From positions 1 through 32,676 of the forward strand of contig JAADHX010000226.1 in NCBI GenBank assembly GCA_013151655.1: a stretch of 32,676 nucleotides of DNA, read 5' to 3'. This DNA comes from Actinomycetota bacterium. GTDB taxonomy: Bacteria; Actinomycetota; Acidimicrobiia; Acidimicrobiales; Poriferisodalaceae. The notes beneath the pieces are model-generated. The model ran no database searches, was not told the origin of the DNA, and saw only the letters and a program-made list of their open reading frames with translations. Both the position numbers and the translations under genes were made by a program. The stretch's first letter is position 1, and the number at the start of each line of letters is the position of its first letter. Below are positions 7,391 through 14,234 of this stretch, in pieces.

Positions 7391-7989
7391 AGAACGAGCA
7401 CGCTCTCGTCGCCACGCCCAAGCAGATCGTCAATCGAGTCGAAGATGGTCTCGACCTCGATCGCCGCTTCGGATCGCGCTATCGACACCGAAGCAAACAG
7501 TGCCTTCAACTCGACGTCGACGGTTGCCGCGGCAGTCATGGCTCGTATCGTCGCTGTGGTTCGGTCGGTGACCGTCGTGACATGATCCGTGGGAACGTTG
7601 GCGAGGATCACCATAAAGGTGGTCTCGTCGAGACGACCAACCTGATCAACATCGCGAAGGCAGGCGGCTAGAAGCGCGCCGAGGTCACGAACCGCGTCGA
7701 TTCTGTCTCGCGTGAGATCGAGGCCGGCAAGTTCGGCGAACCTCACACCAACAACGGCGAATGGTTCGCCCATCCTGACGAGACGGTGAAGTGCCATCTC
7801 GATGGAGTCGACTATGCCAGTTCGATTGGCGAGCCCGGTGATGCTGTCGGTAGAAGACATCACGGCCAGCTGCAAACGAAGATGCGCATTCTCTTCTTCG
7901 AGAGCGACGAAGCGGGCACGGAGCCCGTCAGCGTCGTCAACAGCCACTGTTCCCGGCTGCTCCCGAAGATCGATTGAGTTCTCTTTCAT
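7387..7989 (-). CDS. coiled-coil + degenerate GGDEF-domain protein (A-site lost, RxxD I-site retained)
   Basis: DSITGLANR (GGDEF-domain start, D.LTGL.NR). LRDVDQVGRLDETTF aligns with RxxD-x5-GG(D/E)EF, so GGDEF becomes DETTF while RDVD is kept. Likely start is ATG 7987..7989 behind GGAGGG, not the upstream TTG/ATG of the 209-aa ORF. Its stop overlaps the fliH stop (CTAG 7387..7390). Confidence 0.8.
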   Translation of the reverse strand: MKENSIDLREQPGTVAVDDADGLRARFVALEEENAHLRLQLAVMSSTDSITGLANRTGIVDSIEMALHRLVRMGEPFAVVGVRFAELAGLDLTRDRIDAVRDLGALLAACLRDVDQVGRLDETTFMVILANVPTDHVTTVTDRTTATIRAMTAAATVDVELKALFASVSIARSEAAIEVETIFDSIDDLLGRGDESVLVL

Positions 7990-8166
7990 ATTCCCTCCAA
8001 GGGAGCCAGTACCCAACTGGACTCCGTCATCGTTAGCGCAAGTCGACGGGTGGCTGGTGCGGTTAAGTAGTTATCAAGACAATTTCTAGAACAATTTCGC
8101 TGGGCAGTTCTACCTAGACGGTTCGCCAGGCTTGATCGGTCCATTGGGCGGTCGACGTAGTCCAGT

Positions 8167-8742
8167 GTGACACTGCAAAGCGCCGATGAGGTGGTATCCA
8201 CCCCAATGCTGCATCGCGCCGACTCTCTCGGGAGTTCGCTCGATGAGTTGATCGCGCACTTAAACGACACCATCGATTCTCTAAGGGAAGTCGAGTACCG
8301 CTCAACAGTGCTCCGACTGACTGCATCGGCCGACGATAGATCCCAGATGGAAGGAGCGATCGAACAGCTCGCGCTGGCCTTGGCCGACCATCGCTCGTGT
8401 GCCGCAACGCTGGATAAGTTCTCTCAGCGCGTAGCACAGGCATTGCAATTCGGATCCAGCGAACAATCACTTGCAACCTGCGCCGAGCGCGCTCCAGAAC
8501 AGTGGCGCTACAAACTGGCCAAGGGAATGACACATCTCCGCCGGATTGCTGAACGAACCAGACAAGAGCTCCGGCAAGCCGAAAGTGCTTCTCGGTCGAA
8601 TCTGAACCTGACCGAGACCACCATTAGCGGCCTCATAGGACCCGACGCCACAGTCGAACCACTAATCACCGAGGCTCAAGTTACCTACGACGCCGCCGGT
8701 CTCAGAACAAACAGACCACGCCTCTTGGACGGACGGATCTAG
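8167..8742 (+). CDS. hypothetical helical protein in the FlgN position upstream of flgK (possible FlgN-like chaperone)
   Basis: 191-aa ORF ending 2 nt before flgK. Helical, Leu/Glu/Arg-rich (SLDELIAHLNDTIDSLREVEY..). In Bacillus-type loci flgN (yvyG) precedes flgK. Start uncertain (GTG 8167 or ATG 8206). Function rests on synteny only. Confidence 0.45.
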   Translation: MTLQSADEVVSTPMLHRADSLGSSLDELIAHLNDTIDSLREVEYRSTVLRLTASADDRSQMEGAIEQLALALADHRSCAATLDKFSQRVAQALQFGSSEQSLATCAERAPEQWRYKLAKGMTHLRRIAERTRQELRQAESASRSNLNLTETTISGLIGPDATVEPLITEAQVTYDAAGLRTNRPRLLDGRI

Positions 8743-8744
8743 CC

Positions 8745-10112
8745 ATGCCGATCCAGTCGCTAAACACGGGCTACAGCGCCCTCACCGCTGCGCAGATAGG
8801 TCTTGATACCACCTCGAACAACATCGCCAACGCCAACACCGAGGGCTTTACCCGACAACGAGTAGAACAAGGTCAGCTGCGAGCACGCGATATTCAGGTC
8901 GGACAGGTAGGTCAAGGAACGAGCATCAAGGACATCACGCGAGCACGCGATGCCTTTCTCGACGAACGAGTCAGGTCGGCGTCGGCTCAGACCTCAGCAT
9001 TTGAAACCAACGCCGAACTCCTATCGAGAGCCGAATCGCTGCTTGCCGAACCCGACTACGGAGTCACCTCAGCTCTCGACGATCTCTGGTCCGGTTTCGA
9101 AGATCTGGCCTTGGATCCAAGCGACCAGGGCCGCCGGACCGCTGTCAAGAATCAGCTCGACGTAATAACGACCCGACTCAACTCGATCTCGACCGGCATG
9201 GACGATCTGGTCACAGATTCCAGTAGTCGGGTAGGGACAAGCCTCATCAGCATCAACGACACAATTGCGAAAATCGCGCAGCTTAACGAAGCAGTCGGAC
9301 GCTCTGCGGCAACGGGCACGACACCAAATGATCTACTCGACAGCCGCGATCTACTCATCGACTCATTGGTCAACGACATTGGTGCGACGGTTACCTACAC
9401 CAACAACGGCCACGTCAGAGTAAGCCTCAACGGACTGTCGCTGGTCGATGGAATCACTGCCCGCCAGCTCGATTGGAATTCAACCACCCAAGAGCTAACG
9501 CACGAAAACGGCCTCACCCTCAGGGTCGGCGGAACCATAGGCGGACTACAAAAGTTCATTTTAGACGACGCCCCGCAGATCCTGAGCCAGCTAGACGACC
9601 TAACCACAGACCTAGTCGCCGCCCTAAACACCAAACATGCAGCCGGGTTCTCCGATAGCGGAGTTGCAGGCACGAACCTGCTGGACTTCAACCCGACCGA
9701 CCCAGCTGGAACCGTCTTCGTGGCTTTGGCCAGTACAGCGGACTTCGCTCTCGCTGCAGTCGACGGAACACCATTTCCGATTCATAACGGCGACAACGCT
9801 CTTTCTCTTTCACAGCTCAGGAACGATCTCACGGCAGCTGGAGCCACAAGCTCACTTCTCGACGCGGCCAGGGGACTCGTCTCCGAAGTTGGCAGCCGCA
9901 CATCGGCTGCCCTTGCCCAAGCGACCGCACAGGCCGACCTTAGATTGGCGGCTGAGCTGTCAAGGTCGTCTGCTCACGGAGTCAACCTCGACGAGGAAAT
10001 GATCGAGCTGATCCGCTATCAGCGAGCCTACGAAGCCGCAGCCCGCATCATCACCGCAGCCGACCAGGCGCTGGACACACTCATCAACCGCACCGGCATA
10101 GTCGGACGCTGA
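8745..10112 (+). CDS. flgK: hook-associated protein 1 FlgK
   Basis: MPIQSLNTGYSALTAAQIGLDTTSNNIANANTEGFTRQRVE (flagellar rod/hook N-terminal motif) and C-terminal EEMIELIRYQRAYEAAARIITAADQALDTLINRTG. Confidence 0.95.
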   Translation: MPIQSLNTGYSALTAAQIGLDTTSNNIANANTEGFTRQRVEQGQLRARDIQVGQVGQGTSIKDITRARDAFLDERVRSASAQTSAFETNAELLSRAESLLAEPDYGVTSALDDLWSGFEDLALDPSDQGRRTAVKNQLDVITTRLNSISTGMDDLVTDSSSRVGTSLISINDTIAKIAQLNEAVGRSAATGTTPNDLLDSRDLLIDSLVNDIGATVTYTNNGHVRVSLNGLSLVDGITARQLDWNSTTQELTHENGLTLRVGGTIGGLQKFILDDAPQILSQLDDLTTDLVAALNTKHAAGFSDSGVAGTNLLDFNPTDPAGTVFVALASTADFALAAVDGTPFPIHNGDNALSLSQLRNDLTAAGATSSLLDAARGLVSEVGSRTSAALAQATAQADLRLAAELSRSSAHGVNLDEEMIELIRYQRAYEAAARIITAADQALDTLINRTGIVGR

Positions 10113-10123
10113 CGGAGCTATCA

Positions 10124-11008
10124 ATGCGTATTTCTACCCAGACGCTCGTCGACCAAACGCTGTTCAGGCTTCAGAAGCGCCTCGGGAGCTTCGAAAAGGC
10201 CCAGAGTCGGCTGGCTACGGGCAAGAACTTCACGTCGTCATCAGAAGACGTCGCCGGCATGAACGCCTCATTAGCGTTGCGCTCCGAACGCAGAGCGGTC
10301 GAGCAGGCCCAACGAAATGCCGAAGACGGCAAGACCAGAATCAATCTTGCCGACACCAAGATTCAACAAATGCTCACCACGCTTCGTCGAGCCAGGGATC
10401 TTACGATCCGCGGATCGAGCACATTGCAACCAAGCGAACGAGATGCAATCTCACAAGAGCTCAACTCGATCCGAGAAGAGATGGTTGAGCTAGCCAATGG
10501 CGGCTACCTGGGTCAGGGCCTGTTCTCTGGCCACTCGGCGAACAGCGCCGTTACCGACGTTGCTGGCACTTGGACCTACACCGGCGACAACGGTGCTCTA
10601 CTTCGCCGCGTGACCGATAACGAAGCGGTGACCGTCAACGTGCGAGGCGAAGAGATCTTCGGCTTCGCCGATGGCGAGGCGGTATTCGACGTGATCGAAC
10701 AGATCATCACCGACGTGAACACTGGCGATCCGGTAGCTGTCTCAGCTGGCCTTGATGCCCTCGACCGATCGGCAAGAAGGCTGGAGGGAGGCCTCGCTAG
10801 GTTGGGCGCAGTCGGAAACCGAATCGAAGTTGCGATGGGCCGAAATCTCCAGATCGACGAGACGTTACAGCTTCAACTTTCATCGATTGAAGATGTCGAT
10901 CTAGCCGAAGCAGTCATGGAGATAACTACCCAGGAGGTAGCTCTTCAGGCAACCCTGGGAGCAATCGCCAGAGCTGTCCAGCCGACGCTCATGAATTATC
11001 TCCGATGA
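10124..11008 (+). CDS. flgL: hook-associated protein 3 FlgL
   Basis: Flagellin-like termini (MRISTQTLVDQTLFRLQKRLGSFEKAQSRLATGKNF..; ..DLAEAVMEITTQEVALQATLGAIARAVQPTLMNYLR). Follows flgK. Confidence 0.9.
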   Translation: MRISTQTLVDQTLFRLQKRLGSFEKAQSRLATGKNFTSSSEDVAGMNASLALRSERRAVEQAQRNAEDGKTRINLADTKIQQMLTTLRRARDLTIRGSSTLQPSERDAISQELNSIREEMVELANGGYLGQGLFSGHSANSAVTDVAGTWTYTGDNGALLRRVTDNEAVTVNVRGEEIFGFADGEAVFDVIEQIITDVNTGDPVAVSAGLDALDRSARRLEGGLARLGAVGNRIEVAMGRNLQIDETLQLQLSSIEDVDLAEAVMEITTQEVALQATLGAIARAVQPTLMNYLR

Positions 11009-11454
11009 TCACAGCAGATTCGTCTTCGACGCGAGACACTAGACAGATGTCCGTAACCGAGGAGCCGACCATTCTGCGCTTCGAGGGTGGGATTATTGGT
11101 CTTCCCGCGGTAACACAGTTTGTTCTCACGAGCGTCAGCGCTGACGCCCCACCCGACGCGCTCTTTCAACTTCTTCGCTCCGTCGATGGTGAGGTTTCGA
11201 TAGTCGTCACCCAGCCATGGTTGTTGTTTCCCGACTACAACCCCGACCTTCCCAACACCGACCTGAGCGAGCTCGGCATCAGTTCTTCTGAGCAGATGAC
11301 CATCTTCAATCCGGTTGTCCTCGACGCCGACGAAGGCTGCGTTTACGTAAACCTAATGGGCCCGTTCGTTGTCAACGTCGACTCCAATGCGGCCAGGCAG
11401 GTAGTTCTCGCCGACTCGGAATGGCCGCTTCGGGCTAGGGTCGACCTCTCGTGA
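11005..11454 (+). CDS. fliW: flagellar assembly factor FliW (CsrA antagonist)
   Basis: ILRFEGGIIGLPAVTQFVL...FQLLRSVDGEVSIVVTQPW..YNPDL...VNLMGPFVVNVDSNAARQVVL fits the FliW pattern. ATGA overlap with flgL; alternative start ATG 11047. Immediately upstream of csrA. Confidence 0.85.
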   Translation: MITADSSSTRDTRQMSVTEEPTILRFEGGIIGLPAVTQFVLTSVSADAPPDALFQLLRSVDGEVSIVVTQPWLLFPDYNPDLPNTDLSELGISSSEQMTIFNPVVLDADEGCVYVNLMGPFVVNVDSNAARQVVLADSEWPLRARVDLS

Positions 11455-11476
11455 ACAACTTGTACGGCATTACCTG

Positions 11477-11746
11477 ATGTTGGTGCTCTCACGCCGAAAA
11501 GGCGAAGCGGTCATCATCGGAAACGACATAACCGTGCGCATCATCGATGTGCGCGGCGACCAAGTTCGAGTCGGGATCGACGCGCCTCGATCGGTCAGCG
11601 TCCATCGCGAAGAAGTCTTCCGTCAGGTCGTTGAAGAGAACGTCGCGGCAGCCCGCTCGGCAGATCTAACATCGCCGCTCCTTCAGGCCAGGCGCCCGGA
11701 CAGCTCACCGGGCGCAGCAAAGCCGATACCACCCCCGCCTGGGTAA
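11477..11746 (+). CDS. csrA: translational regulator CsrA (FliW-partnered type with C-terminal extension)
   Basis: MLVLSRRKGEAVIIGNDITVRIIDVRGDQVRVGIDAPRSVSVHREEVF is near-consensus CsrA. Confidence 0.95.
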   Translation: MLVLSRRKGEAVIIGNDITVRIIDVRGDQVRVGIDAPRSVSVHREEVFRQVVEENVAAARSADLTSPLLQARRPDSSPGAAKPIPPPPG

Positions 11747-11749
11747 ACC

Positions 11750-12274
11750 TCAAGTTGGCGAGTAGGTAACTAACCCAGACGACTGGCGGTCGAGTTCGAC
11801 CCGGCGTCGGCTGATGGAATCCTGGGCCACATCGGCGAGCTTCACGATGGATTCGCGGGTCACGCCGAGTTCGCGGATCATCTGGCGCTGCTCAGCGATC
11901 ATCTGTTCGATGAGCGGCTTTATGTTCTTCGGACAGCGATCGACTAGTTCGCGTCCATCGACCACATCACCAACTACAGGACTCGCTGACCGCTCACGGG
12001 CCGTAGACGAACTCTGTAGCGCGGTCGAAGCCAGATCTAGATCTCGCACGCCGCGCTCGAGTTGATCGAACCCACCGCCGGCCTGAAGCAGCATCACTGT
12101 GTGAGCCCTCGCTAGAACGATGCCAAGAGCTGCACGCTCAGCGGCCACTGCGTCGACGAGTGCCCGTTCTGTTTGCGTCGGCATTAGTTCAGTATCCGAC
12201 TGGCCATCAACAAGGGTCAGGTCGATAGTTAACCCGTCCGCCGACCCTGCATCATCATTTGTCTCGATGTTCAT
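11750..12274 (-). CDS. hypothetical acidic cytoplasmic protein (174 aa), translationally coupled to the M23 peptidase
   Basis: ATG 12274 overlaps the peptidase stop (ATGA). No TM segment or signal peptide. Helical-looking, acidic. No family recognised by eye (FlgN-like or chaperone-like is only a guess). Confidence 0.6.
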   Translation of the reverse strand: MNIETNDDAGSADGLTIDLTLVDGQSDTELMPTQTERALVDAVAAERAALGIVLARAHTVMLLQAGGGFDQLERGVRDLDLASTALQSSSTARERSASPVVGDVVDGRELVDRCPKNIKPLIEQMIAEQRQMIRELGVTRESIVKLADVAQDSISRRRVELDRQSSGLVTYSPT

Positions 12275-12957
12275 GGAGCGATCGCCTCACGTTTCTCGTC
12301 GTTCAACCACGGTGTTGGGTCGATCGCTTCGCCATTTATCCGAAGCTCGAAATGAAGATGCGGACCGGTAGAGCGGCCTGTCGAGCCGACCTCGCCGATT
12401 ACCTGGCCAGCCTCAACAGCCTCGCCGACCTGTACGCCAACCCGGGATTGATGGGCATAACGACTCTCGATCCCGCCACCATGATCGATGATGACGAGTT
12501 CGCCATAACTTCCCTGAGCGCCAGCCCACGTAACAGTGCCACCGGCAGTAGCCCGAATGGGTGTGCCAGTCGGTGCCGAGAGATCAAGCCCTCTGTGCAT
12601 TCTGGACTCGCCGGTGAAGGGATCGGACCGGAGCCCGAAGTCTGAGGTCAAGACCTCATCGGGCAGTGGCATTCCGAAGTAGACAGAGTTGCTCGAATTG
12701 AGATCAACTCCATCGCGTTGAACTTGTAGAGCAGCCGCGACCGTCGCGGTCAACGGTCCATCCGAAGCGGGATGCACATGGGCTGGAGTACCCGGAGGAT
12801 CGACATGGTCGGGTTCGATAGCCCGAGCGACGTCCTCAAGATCTGCGATTCCCGCAAAATCGGCAGCCGACGGTCCCTTGAACACACCTACTGGCGATTG
12901 AACGCCGAAGCGCGCTTGGATCTCAGAAATCCTCGACGTGACGTCGGCGATACTCAT
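12271..12957 (-). CDS. M23 (LytM-type) peptidoglycan endopeptidase without an evident signal peptide
   Basis: HRGLDLSAPTGTPIRATAGGTV..GELVIIDHGGGIESRYAHQS..GQVIGEVGSTGRSTGPHLHFELRING carries the HxxxD and HxH zinc motifs of Peptidase_M23. N-terminus MSIADVTSRISEIQARFGVQSP is not hydrophobic. Confidence 0.9.
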   Translation of the reverse strand: MSIADVTSRISEIQARFGVQSPVGVFKGPSAADFAGIADLEDVARAIEPDHVDPPGTPAHVHPASDGPLTATVAAALQVQRDGVDLNSSNSVYFGMPLPDEVLTSDFGLRSDPFTGESRMHRGLDLSAPTGTPIRATAGGTVTWAGAQGSYGELVIIDHGGGIESRYAHQSRVGVQVGEAVEAGQVIGEVGSTGRSTGPHLHFELRINGEAIDPTPWLNDEKREAIAP

Positions 12958-13196
12958 ACATCAACTTCAGTCGACCGTAGTCACACCGGCACAAGGCCAT
13001 TGGATCGCGAGATTCGATCAGACCAGTACTCAGAATCGCCAGCAGTGCGCCGGTGGGTCCACGGCCCGGGCCCGCGAGTGCGCCACACTGACAGGCTGAC
13101 CTAACCAGCACATGTTTGTTCCCGATTCGCTCAACTTCGCGGCCATCCGACCGACGGAGTTAGCGCACAGTTCACCGGGGTGCCCAGAGGGAGGGC

Positions 13197-14132
13197 GTGA
13201 AAGTGCCTCAAAGTTCACGAGACAACGACCACGAGCAACGCTCTGGAAGTGGCGACGATCAGCAAGACGAAAGGAAACTCGAGCTCAACGAATTGGCCGC
13301 AAGCCATGTCGAGCTTGTCCAGCACATCGTCAACCAGGTAGCTACCCGCTTCCCGCGCCACGTCGATCGTGGCGAACTGTGGAGCGCGGGAGCCATCGGC
13401 CTGGTTGAGGCGTCACGCTCGTACAACGCCGAGACTGGTGTTCCGTTCGCTCGGTTCGCCAGCATCCGCATCCGCGGCGCGATCATCGACTCGACCAGAA
13501 AGCGCGATTGGGCCGTCAGAAGCCTCCGCAGGCAGATGCGCGAGCTCCGCGAGGCCGAAGAACGCATCGAGACGGCTCGGGGCCGACATGCGACCGATGA
13601 AGAGATCGCTCAAGCCCTCGGAATTTCAATTGATGCCCTCGCGGCCAGGCGCACGGCATCGCTGACCTCTTCGCTACTTCACCTCGACCACGAGGATCCA
13701 GATCGCGTGTCTCTCGGCGAACGAATCATCGAAGAAGAACCAGAGCGGCTTCCCGATGAGAACCTCGCAAATCGGGAGATGATTGGGACACTTCGTTCCG
13801 CGGTGGAAGGGCTCCCTGAGCTTCAACGCGATGTCATCATGCGGTACTACATCGATGGCGAAATGCTTCAGTCGATCGCCGAGTCTCTCAACGTGACCGA
13901 AGCACGCGTATCCCAGATTCGAGCTGAAGCGGTCAACTCGATGCGAGGGTTCTTTACAACGCTGTACCAAGGCGTCGCTGATGTTCCCGAGGATGCTCCC
14001 GGGCGCCGCGGGCGGGCGGCCTACCTTGCCACAATGGCGACACAATCAACATGGTTGGCCAGACTCGAGGCCGCCGATCACGATGTGAGTAGCGGCCGAA
14101 CTGTCCACGAGTCTGAACCGGCTGCCATCTAG
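13197..14132 (+). CDS. fliA: sigma-28 family RNA polymerase sigma factor (FliA/WhiG type)
   Basis: Region 2 (LVQHIVNQVATRFPRHVDRGELWSAGAIGLVEASRSYNAETGVPFARFASIRIRGAIIDSTRKRDW) and region 4 (LPELQRDVIMRYYIDGEMLQSIAESLNVTEARVSQIRAEAV). SD GGAGG 13190..13194 favours GTG 13203 over GTG 13197 as start. About 60 aa of C-terminal extension. Confidence 0.9.
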   Translation: MKVPQSSRDNDHEQRSGSGDDQQDERKLELNELAASHVELVQHIVNQVATRFPRHVDRGELWSAGAIGLVEASRSYNAETGVPFARFASIRIRGAIIDSTRKRDWAVRSLRRQMRELREAEERIETARGRHATDEEIAQALGISIDALAARRTASLTSSLLHLDHEDPDRVSLGERIIEEEPERLPDENLANREMIGTLRSAVEGLPELQRDVIMRYYIDGEMLQSIAESLNVTEARVSQIRAEAVNSMRGFFTTLYQGVADVPEDAPGRRGRAAYLATMATQSTWLARLEAADHDVSSGRTVHESEPAAI

Positions 14133-14206
14133 CGCTCTTCGCTCAGCAGGCCGTGGCGCCTCGCTTACCGGCTCGACGTCTCATTGGTTCCATTTACCTT
14201 GAGGAC

Positions 14207-14234
14207 TCAAACGACGCAGCGAGCCAGCCGATAG
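14207..14234 (+). promoter_or_regulatory. sigma-28-type promoter TCAA-N16-GCCGATAG abutting the HD-GYP gene start (probable leaderless or near-leaderless mRNA)
   Basis: gaCTCAA(14207..14210)-16 nt-GCCGATAG(14227..14234). The 13 specified bases and the spacing are identical to the fliD promoter at 1610..1637. The -10 ends 1 nt before ATG 14235 and 7 nt before ATG 14241. Confidence 0.55.

Noticed and set aside
7990-8016. Longer start (8016) for the degenerate GGDEF gene
   Set aside because: ATG 7987..7989 is preceded at proper distance by GGAGGG. The upstream start has no SD, and the extra MGTGSLGGN adds nothing recognisable.
8182-8189. GCCGATGA near the start of the flgN-like ORF as a sigma-28 -10 element
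   Set aside because: No TAAA/TCAA-like -35 at 15-16 nt upstream, and it lies inside the predicted coding region.
3580-12274. Searched the unassigned proteins (103 aa, 191 aa, 174 aa, 136 aa, GGDEF N-terminus) for an RsiG-like anti-sigma signature (E-x3-S-x2-R-x3-Q-x3-D) or a FlgM-like C-terminus
   Set aside because: No exact match was found by eye. The anti-sigma factor for the sigma-28-type protein, if any, is not identifiable in this window.
13131-13158. Sigma-28-like motif upstream of the sigma gene itself (TCAA-N15-ACCGACGG), suggesting autoregulation
   Set aside because: Only 5/8 in the -10 element. This is too weak to call without transcript mapping.
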